NCBI GenBank assembly: GCA_947259955.1
Contig: CAMYOI010000053.1
Coordinates: forward strand, 1 to 56,031
DNA length: 56,031 nucleotides
Origin: an uncultured Gammaproteobacteria bacterium
GTDB lineage: Bacteria > Pseudomonadota > Gammaproteobacteria > Arenicellales > JAANXG01
Reading direction: 5' to 3'
A program made the position numbers and the translations under genes. Positions 19,503 to 29,043 of the stretch are shown here, piece by piece (position 1 is the stretch's first letter; each line of letters begins with the position of its first letter). The notes under the pieces were generated by a model. That model was not told the origin of the DNA, searched no databases, and saw nothing but the letters and a program-made list of their open reading frames with translations.

Positions 19503-20945
19503 TCAGGGAATTTTCTCCCCACGGATCCGAAGTTCCTGCTGGATTTCCTCGATCCTTGCTGAAACACTTGATTGCGCGTAGAAGCTGTCCCCCGTGTACT
19601 TTTTGGCCAGGCCAAGTTGACGCAAGGCCTCCGCTGAGTTTCCATTGAAATAGTAGAACTCCGCCAGCTCCTGGTGTGCGGCGAGATGATTCCCCGATTC
19701 ACCCTCGGCTCGGGCCAATAATTTGTGCAAACGAGGGTCTCCCCGCCGGGAGAGCAGATGGCTTTTCAGGATTTTCTTGGCGTCCGCGTACTGTTCGCTC
19801 TCGATCAGCGCGTTGATGAAGTACAAATCGAGCACCAGGTTGTCGGGATGGTTAGCTCTGATTCTTTGATACGCTTTCGCCGCATTGCCGGGTCGGCCGT
19901 CGGCAGTCTCGACATCGGCAAGGGCTATCGAGTAGCTCAATCGTTCAGGGTCCTGCGAAATAAGTTCGTTCATCAATTCCCGGGCTGCCTGATACTGGCC
20001 GTCGGCCATGAGGGCCAGGGCATATCCGTATCGCTCGGCGTATAGATTCTCGTAGGTATTTTCCTTCAACCTGGCGGCGAATCCCTGTGCAACCCGGGCC
20101 GGATCGGATCCACTGTACAGGGCCCTGATTTTCGCCTTCATCAGTTGGAACTGCGTTTCGTCCGGATTTTCGATGCGCGGGTACTGATCCGCGCGTGCGA
20201 CGGATTCTGCAATTCGGCTGTAGGTCAATGGGTGGGTTCGCAGGAATTCCGGAGCATTCGACTCCTGGCTTCGGCTGTATTGCTGCAGGCGCCCAAAGAA
20301 ATCCGGCATCGCGCGCGGGTCGTATCCCGCCGAGGCCAGAGTTTGAATTCCGATGGCGTCGGCTTCTTCTTCGAAACTGCGGGAGTACTGCAACTGCCTT
20401 TCGACGAGAGCTGCCTGCGTTCCCATTATGGCCGCGGTCCCTGCCTGTCCGCCGAGCAGGATGGCCGCGATCAACGCCGCCATCGCCGGTATGTTCGTGC
20501 GTTTGTTCTGCGCGATCATGCGGGCGATGTGGCTTTGCGTTACGTGTGCGATTTCGTGCGCTATTACACTTGCCAATTCCGATTCATGAAGGGTGTTGGT
20601 GATCAATCCGGTGTGCACCGTTATGTGGCCCCCGGGCACGGCGAAGGCGTTCAGGGCGTTGTCCTCTACCAGATAGAATGTAAATGTTCTTCCGGGTTGA
20701 TCGCTGTTACTCACCAGCACGCTGCCCAGACGATTCAGATAAGTGATCAGTTCCTGATCGTCGATGAACCGCAACTGCTGCCGAATCTGTCGCATGAACT
20801 CCCTTCCCAACTTCTGCTCTTCTGACGCCGATAGAACGGTTGCAGAGTAGTCACCGAGATCAGGCAGGTTGCTCTGCGACAGCACGGGTCCGGACATGAT
20901 CGAAAGGCCTGTCAGGAAAATCAGTGGTTTCAAGAGGTTGCGCAT
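19503..20945 (-). CDS. M48-family zinc metalloprotease with TPR repeats (BepA/YfgC-like)
   Basis: ORF track gives 19503..21002. ATG 20945 gives the signal peptide MRNLLKPLIFLTGLSIMSGPVLSQS. Zinc motif is 'HEIAHVTQSH'. The C-terminal half is TPR-like. Confidence 0.85.
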   Translation of the reverse strand: MRNLLKPLIFLTGLSIMSGPVLSQSNLPDLGDYSATVLSASEEQKLGREFMRQIRQQLRFIDDQELITYLNRLGSVLVSNSDQPGRTFTFYLVEDNALNAFAVPGGHITVHTGLITNTLHESELASVIAHEIAHVTQSHIARMIAQNKRTNIPAMAALIAAILLGGQAGTAAIMGTQAALVERQLQYSRSFEEEADAIGIQTLASAGYDPRAMPDFFGRLQQYSRSQESNAPEFLRTHPLTYSRIAESVARADQYPRIENPDETQFQLMKAKIRALYSGSDPARVAQGFAARLKENTYENLYAERYGYALALMADGQYQAARELMNELISQDPERLSYSIALADVETADGRPGNAAKAYQRIRANHPDNLVLDLYFINALIESEQYADAKKILKSHLLSRRGDPRLHKLLARAEGESGNHLAAHQELAEFYYFNGNSAEALRQLGLAKKYTGDSFYAQSSVSARIEEIQQELRIRGEKIP

Positions 20946-21103
20946 AGTATTGGCACGGATGGCAATATTCGGGCTGGTCATATTCATTGGCTGTTGAGAC
21001 AAGTCCGGACCCGGGTCGTTCGCGTATGGTCATACTTCAGCAGGGGTGCTGTACTCCAGCCGAATATCATTCTACTATAATACATTGATAATCCTAGAAA
21101 AAA

Positions 21104-21577
21104 ATGACCATCGTGGCAGGAACACATTACAATAATCGTAACGAACGATCGCGCAGACCCGCCGGTGGTCCGGACGACCCGGCGCCGTCGTTGCCTTGCC
21201 CTTTCGAAGGGGCCATTTTAAGCCGCAAGTGCGGATGCCGGCTGGCACTTCGTAGCAGCGTGGGATCCAGACAGAAAGTGCAGTGCAATTCGGCGGAGAG
21301 TCACCAGGATTGCGCGGAAATGCTCAACTACATGCGAAAAAGTGTGAACTTTTCACTTGGCCTTGCACACGCGCCCAATGCGCTTCCGCGGGCGCAGGCT
21401 AAGAAGTTACAGTGCGGTACGTTGATCGGCCTGCAAAACGCCCTCGATTTGGTGGTGGAGAACGACCGCGTCAACAACATCCACGATACGGTACAGCGAG
21501 CGAAAAAACGCTACGGTTCCGTCGAGGAGTTTCCGGAACAGCAGATCGTCAGGTGCATTGCATCTTACGGTAAGTGA
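21104..21577 (+). CDS. hypothetical protein (true start possibly ATG 21321)
   Basis: This is the only ORF of 60 aa or more in this interval. The C-terminal half (MLNYMRKSVNFSLGLAH...RCIASYGK) has G/C-rich third positions like the neighbouring genes. The N-terminal half is Arg/Pro/Ser/Cys-rich and looks non-coding. Confidence 0.35.
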   Translation: MTIVAGTHYNNRNERSRRPAGGPDDPAPSLPCPFEGAILSRKCGCRLALRSSVGSRQKVQCNSAESHQDCAEMLNYMRKSVNFSLGLAHAPNALPRAQAKKLQCGTLIGLQNALDLVVENDRVNNIHDTVQRAKKRYGSVEEFPEQQIVRCIASYGK

Positions 21578-21590
21578 CCCTGGCGCCGCG

Positions 21591-21959
21591 TTACTTTTCG
21601 AAGAGTGCGTTGACTATCAGACCATAGAAGCGGTCGACGGCGCCTAGGAAGCTCCATCCAAGGTGTTTACCGCAATTGGCGCACAAGGCAATACGCCATC
21701 GATAACCCGGAAACCAGGAGTGCTCTTCGGTGGGGACGCCCGTCTCCTTGCATCCCGGAGCTTCCTTGAAGCATCCAATAGTGAATGTCAACTGAGCGGG
21801 GTTAGTGCAGGTGTGACGCTGCGAACCGTGAATTACCAGCGAAGATCGGGGGTCCGTGATGAATGAACGGCAAGCCGAGCAGTACAGACCTCGATGCGCC
21901 TCGTTTCGAACCGTCTCGTCGAGCCGTTCGGTTTCGTCCTCGCTGAATTTTCGGAACAT
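21591..21959 (-). CDS. cereblon-like CULT-domain protein (bacterial cereblon homologue)
   Basis: ORF track gives 21591..21989. ATG 21959 (MFRKF...) has a G-rich RBS. There are two CxxC pairs ('CSACRS', 'CANCGK'). '[28 protein letters not shown]' matches the human cereblon thalidomide-binding segment '[28 protein letters not shown]', including all three cage tryptophans. Confidence 0.8.
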   Translation of the reverse strand: [122 protein letters not shown]

Positions 21960-22114
21960 GCGTTTCCCCCCTTGACGGCCGTATCCCAATGCGTTTCGTC
22001 GACCTTGCGTGATTATCTCGAAAGTTCCTCACAATATCGACAACGCCGCCAAGTCCGATGTAACGGAGCCGAGTGTCGTTTAGAATCCGAACATCAACAT
22101 AACAGGTGCCAGAT

Positions 22115-22435
22115 ATGTCGCAACACGAAGAGATTGACCAGGCAACGCAAACGGAAATCGAAGCAGCCGTCTATCGGAAGATGATCGAACACCTGCGCAA
22201 GTACCCGCAGGTGCAGAACATTGATTTGATGAATCTTGCCTATTTTTGCCGGAATTGCCTGTCGAAATGGTATCGATCTGCAGCGAACGAGCGCGGAATC
22301 GATCTCGACTACGATGACGCCCGTGAAATCGTTTACGGCATGACGTACCGGGAATACAAGGACAGGTATTCAAAAGAGGCAACCCCTGAGCAATTGACCG
22401 CTTTCGAGGAGTCCAAACTGAAGGCGACCGATTGA
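22115..22435 (+). CDS. DUF1244-family protein
   Basis: ORF track gives 22106..22435. ATG 22115 gives MSQHEE.... I recognise the core 'IDLMNLAYFCRNCLSKWY' from DUF1244 proteins. Confidence 0.7.
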   Translation: MSQHEEIDQATQTEIEAAVYRKMIEHLRKYPQVQNIDLMNLAYFCRNCLSKWYRSAANERGIDLDYDDAREIVYGMTYREYKDRYSKEATPEQLTAFEESKLKATD

Positions 22436-22618
22436 ATTCCGTGCGGGCTGGACCGACTCCGCCGATGGACGAATCCGGACTAATAAATATTGTAAGGAGA
22501 CCCGCGAGACATCGTTGGCCGGGTTTGTTACAGTACAATCCGAAGCGGAAAACAGGCCGCGTGGAAAACGGCATGCGGTCGAAAAGAACTTAAACGAACT
22601 ACCCATAGGAGTGACGAG

Positions 22619-23137
22619 ATGCTGAGAGCTCTGAGCCTGGAGCCGGAACGGTGTACCGGATGTCTGCAGTGCGAAATGGCCTGTTCCTACGAGAACGAAG
22701 GCGTATTCAACCCGGCAAAATCGCGCATCAAGGTATTTGCATTTCATGAAGAGGGACGGTTCGCACCGTACACTTGTACCCAGTGTGACGAGGCCTGGTG
22801 TATGAAGGCGTGTCCCGTGGACGCGATCGTAATCAATGCCGAAACCGGTTCCAAGGATGTGCTCGATAGCGTCTGCGTGGGCTGCAAGGTCTGTACGATC
22901 GCATGTCCGTTCGGCACCATCAATTACAACTCCAGCACCGGCAAGGTGATCAAATGTGATTTGTGCGGCGGCGATCCGCATTGCGCAAAAGCGTGCCCGA
23001 CTGGCGCCATAACCTATGTCGACGCGGACAGTACCGGAATGGAGCGTATGCGTGCCTGGGCACAAAACAGACCGGAGGCGGGGCCGAACTACATCACCCC
23101 CGTGGAAAAAGACATTCAAACCTACCAGAGACCTTGA
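22619..23137 (+). CDS. aorA: polyferredoxin-like 4x[4Fe-4S] electron-transfer subunit of aldehyde oxidoreductase (AorA-like)
   Basis: Four Cys clusters are present: CTGCLQCEMAC, CTQCDEAWCMKACP, CVGCKVCTIACP and CDLCGGDPHCAKACP. The gene sits immediately upstream of the AOR gene. Confidence 0.85.
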   Translation: MLRALSLEPERCTGCLQCEMACSYENEGVFNPAKSRIKVFAFHEEGRFAPYTCTQCDEAWCMKACPVDAIVINAETGSKDVLDSVCVGCKVCTIACPFGTINYNSSTGKVIKCDLCGGDPHCAKACPTGAITYVDADSTGMERMRAWAQNRPEAGPNYITPVEKDIQTYQRP

Positions 23138-23154
23138 AGTAGGAGGAGCGCACA

Positions 23155-24931
23155 ATGGCATGGGCTAAGAAAATTCTACGTGTAAACCTGAGCGAGGGAA
23201 GCGTCAAGAGCGAACCGCTCAACATGGAATGGGCGCAACAGTACCTGGGCCAGCGGGGGCTGGCAAGCAAGTACCTCGTCGAGGAGATCGATCCGAAATG
23301 TGATCCGCTAGGGCCTGACAACAAGCTCATTTTTACTACCGGGCCGTTGACCGGCACCATGGCCTCCACGGGCGGCAGATACTCTGTCGTCACCAAGGGT
23401 CCGCTGACCGGGGCCATCGCGTGCTCCAACTCGGGCGGTTATCTCGGGGCGGAACTCAAGATGGCCGGCTGGGACATGATCATTTTCGAAGGTAGATCCC
23501 CGGAGCCGGTGTATCTTTATATCAGCAACGACAAGGCTGAATTGATGTCCGCGGACGGAATTTGGGGCAAGTCCGTGTGGGCAGCAGACAAGATCATACG
23601 CGCCAAACACCAGGATCCGCAGATCCGCATCGCCTGCGTAGGACGTTCCGCGGAAGCCGGCTGTTTTTACTCCGCGATCATCAATGACCTGCACCGCGCC
23701 GCCGGCCGCTCGGGTGTGGGCACCGTAATGGCGTCGAAGAACGTCAAGGCCGTGGTGTGCCGGGGAACCCAGGGCGTGGGTAATATCAAAGACCCGATGG
23801 CGTTCATGAAGGCTACCGAGGAAGGCAAGAAGGTGCTGCGCGAGAACGCGGTTACCGGAGCGGGATTGCCGCAGTTCGGCACGCAGGTGTTGATGAATGT
23901 CATCAACGAGACCGGGGCGCTGCCAACGAGGAACATGCAGGAAGTTCAGTTCAAAGGCGCCAGCAAGATCTCCGGGGAGGCCATGCATGAGCCCCGCAAG
24001 AGCGATGGCAAGCCGAACCTCACGACCAACGCGGCGTGTTTCGGGTGCACCATCGCCTGCGGCCGGATTTCGACCATCGACAAGACGCACTTCAGTGTCG
24101 AAAACAAGCCGGAGTACTGGGGCAATTCGGGCGGTCTGGAATACGAGGCGGCGTGGGCGCTGGGGGCAGCAACGGGCGTTGACGATCTGGATGCGCTGAC
24201 CTATGCCAACTTTGTCTGTAATGAAGATGGCCTGGATCCCATTACATTCGGTGCCACCGTGGGTGCCGCGATGGAACTGTACGAGAAGGGCGCAATCACC
24301 AAGCAGGACACCGGTGGAATCAAGTTCAAATTCGGCAAAGCAGAGGTGCTGACGCAGGCCGTGGAACTGGTCGCCGCCGGCGAGGGTTTTGGCAAGGATC
24401 TGGGTCTCGGATCCAAGCGTCTGTGTGAGAAATACGGCCATCCGGAACTGTCCATGAGCGTGAAGGGCCAGGAGTTCCCCGCCTACGATCCGCGGGGAAT
24501 TCAGGGTATGGGCCTGGCCTATGCCACCTCTAATCGGGGAGCCTGCCACCTGCGGGGCTACACCGTTGCCTCCGAGGTTCTGGGTATTCCGGAAAAAACC
24601 GATCCGCTCGTCACCGAGGGCAAAGCCGGACTGGTCAAGGCGTTTCAGGACGCCACCGCCGCATTCGATTCCGCGGGAATTTGTCTTTTTACCTCGTTTG
24701 CCTGGTCCCTCGATGATGTTGCACCGCAGATAATTCAATCTCAAGGCTGGATTTACGAAGGCGGACGATAATCTGCCGCCGCGATTGCTTTCCGAGGCGG
24801 CCCGCTCCGGCCCGGCGGAAGGAAAGGTGAACGAACTGGACAAGATGCTGCCGGAGTATTACGCCGCGCGGGGCTGGGATGAACAGGGCGTCCCCACCGC
24901 CGATACCAGGCAGCGACTCGGATTGAGCTAG
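23155..24931 (+). pseudogene. aorB: tungsten/molybdopterin aldehyde:ferredoxin oxidoreductase (AorB-like), frame broken near 24730 with apparent loss of ~25 residues
   Basis: ORF 23155..24771 is AOR-family throughout ('GGRYSVVTKGPLTG', 'LEYEAAWALG', 'GACHLRGY', 'DSAGICLFTSF') but ends '...DDVAPQIIQSQGWIYEGGR*'. A second frame, open from 24734, reads FNLKAGFTKADDNLPPRLLSEAARSGPAEGKVNELDKMLPEYYAARGWDEQGVPTADTRQRLGLS*. That is the canonical AOR C-terminus. Confidence 0.8.
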
Positions 24932-24940
24932 GAGATTGTA

Positions 24941-26185
24941 ATGGACCACATTGTCATTGGCGCTGGCCCGGCCGGCGTGGTCGCGGTCGAGCAGCTTCGC
25001 AAACACGACCCGAACGGAAGCATTGTTCTGATCGGCGATGAACCGGAACCGCCTTACTCGCGTATGGCCATCCCTTACTATCTGGTGAAACGGATCGACG
25101 AGGCCGGCACTTATCTGCGCAAGGATCCGGGACACTACGGCGCACTGGGTATAGAAGTCTTGCGGGATCGTGCGTCATCCATCGACACCGCCAAGCAGGA
25201 GATCATGCTCGATGCCGGCGGTTCACGGCGCTATGACCGTTTGCTCATTGCCGCCGGTGCCAGTCCGATTACGCCTCCAATTTCCGGTGTGGACCTGCCG
25301 GGTGTATACAACTGCTGGACTCTGGAGGATGCGCGCAGCATCATCAAGCTCATGGAGCCGGGCAACAGCGTGGTGCTGGTGGGCGCCGGGTTCATCGGAT
25401 GCATCATTCTGGAAGCGCTCGCGCAAAGCGGCGTGAAGCTGACGGTCGTCGAAACGGAGAATCGCATGGTGCCGAGGATGATGAACGACGTTTCGGGTGG
25501 CATGATCAAGGACTGGTGCTTGAGCAAGGGTATCAACGTACTCACCTCCACCCGCGTCACTGCCATCGAGGCCGGCAGTCCGCTTGTGGTCAGATTCGAC
25601 AACGGAGAAGAAGTCTCGGCGGACCTGGTCATTACCGCCACCGGCGTGGCGCCGAACACCGCTTTTCTGGAAGGCAGCGGCATCGATGTGGATGCGGGGA
25701 TCGTGGTCAATGAGTTCCTCGAGACCAGTGTGCCCAACGTCTACGCGGCCGGCGATTGTGCCCGGGGAAAAGACTTTTCCACCGGGGGCTACAGTGTCCA
25801 GGCCATACAACCAACGGCGGTCGAACACGGCATGCTCGCCGCGCGGAACATGGTCCACGGCCATTCGCAGGGAAATCGAGGCCAGGTAAACATGAACGTG
25901 CTGGACACGCTCGGATTGATCTCCAGTTCCTTCGGGATGTGGATGGGTGTGGATGGGGGCGATAGCGTGGAGCGGATCGACCGTGACCGATTCCGTTACG
26001 TCAATCTGCAATTCGAGGATGATCGCATCGTCGGCGCGTCAGCGCTGGGTATGACCGATCACGTCGGCGTCCTGCGCGGTATGATTCAGAGCAAGACCCG
26101 GCTGGGCGATTGGAAGAAAAAGCTGCAGGACGATCCCTCAAGGGTAATGGAGGCCTATTTGGCGAGTACCCAGGTGCTGGGCTAA
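24941..26185 (+). CDS. aorC: FAD/NAD(P)-dependent pyridine-nucleotide-disulfide-type oxidoreductase (AorC-like)
   Basis: AGGAG lies upstream of ATG 24941. Two dinucleotide folds are present ('IVIGAGPAGV', 'VLVGAGFIG'), plus 'AAGDCA'. Length is 414 aa. Confidence 0.85.
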   Translation: MDHIVIGAGPAGVVAVEQLRKHDPNGSIVLIGDEPEPPYSRMAIPYYLVKRIDEAGTYLRKDPGHYGALGIEVLRDRASSIDTAKQEIMLDAGGSRRYDRLLIAAGASPITPPISGVDLPGVYNCWTLEDARSIIKLMEPGNSVVLVGAGFIGCIILEALAQSGVKLTVVETENRMVPRMMNDVSGGMIKDWCLSKGINVLTSTRVTAIEAGSPLVVRFDNGEEVSADLVITATGVAPNTAFLEGSGIDVDAGIVVNEFLETSVPNVYAAGDCARGKDFSTGGYSVQAIQPTAVEHGMLAARNMVHGHSQGNRGQVNMNVLDTLGLISSSFGMWMGVDGGDSVERIDRDRFRYVNLQFEDDRIVGASALGMTDHVGVLRGMIQSKTRLGDWKKKLQDDPSRVMEAYLASTQVLG

Positions 26186-26196
26186 CAAGCCGGAAA

Positions 26197-26448
26197 TTGA
26201 AGATCACGCTCAAGCTTTTCGCGACGTTGGGTGTATATTTACCCCCCCATGCCACGGGCAACCTGGTCGAACTGGACGTGCCCGAGGGAACCACGCCTGA
26301 CGAAGTAATCGATCGCTTCGACGTCCCGGGGGACCTGGTTCATCTGGTCCTCTTGAACGGGGTTTATCTCGACAAAAATCAGCGCTCGAGCCATGTGCTG
26401 AAACCCGGCGATGCTGTCGCGATCTGGCCGCCGGTTGCGGGCGGATAG
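26197..26448 (+). CDS. MoaD/ThiS-family ubiquitin-like sulfur-carrier protein
   Basis: ORF track gives 26110..26448, which overlaps aorC. In-frame TTG 26197 gives 83 aa, KITLKLFATLG...AIWPPVAGG*, ending in Gly-Gly. Confidence 0.7.
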   Translation: MKITLKLFATLGVYLPPHATGNLVELDVPEGTTPDEVIDRFDVPGDLVHLVLLNGVYLDKNQRSSHVLKPGDAVAIWPPVAGG

Positions 26449-26478
26449 CCTGCCGGGATCTTCTGGCAGGACAGATTT

Positions 26479-26790
26479 GTGGTAGCAGGCGCCGACCACG
26501 GCGACAAATTCAAACGAGACATGGGCTACAGCGCAGCGGAATTTTTCCGGATTTTGCCCTCCGCCGTCGGCGGTTACGAACATACGGTGGATGACGGTCG
26601 GGTCGTTATCAGACACCCGGACGAAGACCGTGAACTCGTGCTGAGAATCAGCGAGTTACCGGAGCGCCGGATCGGCATGATGCGCATACCGCGTATCGAG
26701 GTGGAATTCGCCTTCCATAATTTTCCACCACAGGAAAGGCAGGGCTTTCTGATCGCTTTTGACAGAAGCTACCAGCGCGGCGGTGGATGA
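26479..26790 (+). CDS. hypothetical protein ending in Gly-Gly-Gly
   Basis: 103-aa ORF with a GTG start (alternative ATG 26521, MGYSAAEFFRIL...). It is co-oriented and tightly spaced between the MoaD-like gene and moaA. I recognise no family. Confidence 0.5.
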   Translation: MVAGADHGDKFKRDMGYSAAEFFRILPSAVGGYEHTVDDGRVVIRHPDEDRELVLRISELPERRIGMMRIPRIEVEFAFHNFPPQERQGFLIAFDRSYQRGGG

Positions 26791-26867
26791 GGGCGGCGGG
26801 GAGAAATGGGGGCTGGTGGTTTTGCGGTCGCTTGAGTAGAATTTACGCAGGCGTTGCCTGACCCTTT

Positions 26868-27899
26868 ATGATGAGAAACCTGCCACCAAATCCGATGCTG
26901 GATGCCTTTCAAAGGCCGATCCACGATCTGCGTATTTCGGTCACGGACCGGTGCAATTTCCGCTGTGTTTACTGTATGCCGAAACATGTTTTCGGGCCCA
27001 ATTATCCCTTCCTCAAACGATCACAATTGCTGACATACGAGGAGATCGAGCAGGTGGCGCGTGTATTCGTGCGACTCGGTGTCCGCAAGCTTCGGCTGAC
27101 CGGGGGGGAGCCTCTGGTCAGAAACGATATCGAGTCACTGATCGAGAAACTGGCATCGATAGACGGTGTCCAGGACGTCAGTCTGACGACAAACGGTTCC
27201 CTGCTAACGCGGAAAAAGGCCGAGAAATTGTATAGCGCCGGCCTTCGGCGGATCACCGTCAGTCTGGATTCCATAGACGGAGAGACGTTCCAATCGATGA
27301 ATGGTGTCGATTTCGCGCCGGAGCCCGTTCTCGAGGCAATCGATACCGCCGCCGACGTTGGACTTACCCCGTTGAAAATCAACATGGTCGTAAAGCGGGG
27401 AGTCAACGACAACGCGGTGCTCTCGGCGGCACGGCGTTTCAGGGGCACCGGGCACATACTCAGGTTCATCGAATACATGGATGTCGGCAACAGCAATGCC
27501 TGGCGCGAGAACGAGGTAATATCTGCAGCGGAAATCAGGGATATTATCGGCCGGGAATTTCCCATTGAACCGGTCACACCCGACTATCACGGTGAAGTCG
27601 CTCAGAGGTGGCGTTACACGGACGGCGAGGGTGAGCTGGGGATCATTGCATCCGTATCGCAACCATTCTGCGGGTCATGCACGCGGGCCCGACTTTCAGC
27701 GGATGGATCGCTCTATACCTGCTTATTCGCCACCAAAGGGCACGATCTGCGATCGCTGTTGCGGGAAGGCATATCGGAAGAGGGCCTGTTCGAGAGGGTT
27801 AAATCGATATGGTCGGCGCGGTCCGATCGCTATTCGGAATTGCGGGCGACTCAGGTGGTTGAAATTCCCAAGATCGAAATGTCCTACATCGGAGGCTGA
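26868..27899 (+). CDS. moaA: GTP 3',8-cyclase (molybdenum cofactor biosynthesis protein A)
   Basis: The radical-SAM motif is 'DLRISVTDRCNFRCVYCMP'. The C-terminal second-cluster motif is 'SQPFCGSCTRARLSADG'. Length is 343 aa. Confidence 0.9.
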   Translation: MMRNLPPNPMLDAFQRPIHDLRISVTDRCNFRCVYCMPKHVFGPNYPFLKRSQLLTYEEIEQVARVFVRLGVRKLRLTGGEPLVRNDIESLIEKLASIDGVQDVSLTTNGSLLTRKKAEKLYSAGLRRITVSLDSIDGETFQSMNGVDFAPEPVLEAIDTAADVGLTPLKINMVVKRGVNDNAVLSAARRFRGTGHILRFIEYMDVGNSNAWRENEVISAAEIRDIIGREFPIEPVTPDYHGEVAQRWRYTDGEGELGIIASVSQPFCGSCTRARLSADGSLYTCLFATKGHDLRSLLREGISEEGLFERVKSIWSARSDRYSELRATQVVEIPKIEMSYIGG

Positions 27900-27912
27900 T
27901 GTACGGGGTACG

Positions 27913-29043
27913 CTAAGTTTTTCGGGGCAGCAATTTGAAGTCTGCGAGGGTTTCGTAAAGCGCGGTGCCGAAACTGTCGTCCAGCATGTAGTATTGAATC
28001 TTGATGGTAATCGCGCAGCCGGCAATGATGGACAATAAAGCGAGTACCGATCCCAGTGCAAGCGTCGACATTCCGGTGACGCCCTGGCCTATGGTGCAGC
28101 CGAGCGCGAGCACACCTCCGAAGCCCATCAATACGCCGGCCAGCAGGTGGTTGGTCAGGTCCGTTCGGGAGGCAAATACCTCAATTCGAAACGTCCCGGA
28201 CAAAATGGCGTACAGAAATGACCCAACGATGACGCCGAGGACCACGGCGATCCCGAAATTCATGCTGGCGCCGGTGTAGGTCATGACGTAGTTGATGGTA
28301 TTTCCGGCCGGTGCAACGAAAGTGACCGACTCCACGGGGACGGGTTCGAATTCATCGTTGCCCAGCACGCCGGTGATATACCAACCGGCGATCACCATCC
28401 CGCCGACGGCTATCGCCGCCATGATATTGTCGAAATCTCCGCGATAGCCTTTGTCGCTGAATACGTACCAGAAAGTGCCGACCACGAGCAGTCCGGCTAA
28501 GAGCAGCTGAATCGTCTGCACATCACCACCGACGAAGTTCGCAAGTATCGTTGCCATACCCTGGTCGGCAACTCCCCGTTCGGACAGATCGATGCTGGTT
28601 AACGCCTCCAGTTCCAGACGTATTGGCGCCAATAATCCCCTGAGCGTGGCATATGCCGTCATGCCCATTACTACCAACACAACGAGCGATTTCAGGTTTC
28701 CGCCTCCGACCCGCACTATCGAACGCTGAACGCAGCCGGATCCCAGCGTCATACCTACGCCGAACATCAGTCCACCCACGACGTATCCGACCCAGCCGAA
28801 GCCGGTGTTGAGATATATCGCATTGGACATATCGACCATGCCCGTCGCTCGCAAAAGCTGGGTCCCGGCTATAGCGATAGCAATTGCAAGTATCCACGTT
28901 CTGAACCGGATTTTGGTCCCCATGTTGATCCAATCGCTGATCGAGCCCATGGTGCAGAAATGCGTTCTCTGTGCAATGGCGCCAAACACGAGCGAGACCA
29001 GAAAACCATACAGGGCGATTTGCTGTGAAACTTCCAACTCCAT
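27913..29043 (-). CDS. YeeE/YedE-family sulfur-compound (thiosulfate) transporter
   Basis: 376 aa and very hydrophobic. It carries duplicated conserved Cys loops ('GMTLGSGCVQRS', 'GGVLALGCTIGQG'). It starts 49 nt downstream of soxB on the same strand. Confidence 0.85.
   Translation of the reverse strand: MELEVSQQIALYGFLVSLVFGAIAQRTHFCTMGSISDWINMGTKIRFRTWILAIAIAIAGTQLLRATGMVDMSNAIYLNTGFGWVGYVVGGLMFGVGMTLGSGCVQRSIVRVGGGNLKSLVVLVVMGMTAYATLRGLLAPIRLELEALTSIDLSERGVADQGMATILANFVGGDVQTIQLLLAGLLVVGTFWYVFSDKGYRGDFDNIMAAIAVGGMVIAGWYITGVLGNDEFEPVPVESVTFVAPAGNTINYVMTYTGASMNFGIAVVLGVIVGSFLYAILSGTFRIEVFASRTDLTNHLLAGVLMGFGGVLALGCTIGQGVTGMSTLALGSVLALLSIIAGCAITIKIQYYMLDDSFGTALYETLADFKLLPRKT

Noticed and set aside
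21340-21358. Near-palindrome AAGTGTGAACTTTTCACTT as a CRP/FNR-type operator
   Set aside because: The TGTGA...TCAC half-sites are separated by 5 nt, not 6. The right arm is imperfect, and the site lies inside the only plausible coding frame (21104..21577). This is not enough to call a regulatory site.
22515-22530. Sigma-54-like promoter TTGGCCGGGTTTGTTA upstream of the aor cluster
   Set aside because: A GG element is present, but no GC element falls at the required distance (TGGCAC-N5-TTGC). The spacing does not fit.
23308-24843. 511-aa ORF antisense to the AOR gene
   Set aside because: It is an Arg/Gly/Pro/Ala-rich translation with no recognisable motifs. It is fully shadowed by a strongly supported AOR coding frame, which is a typical GC-rich antisense artefact.
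26791-26867. Moco riboswitch upstream of moaA
   Set aside because: The gap is only 77 nt, shorter than the motif, and I could not find its conserved loop sequences.
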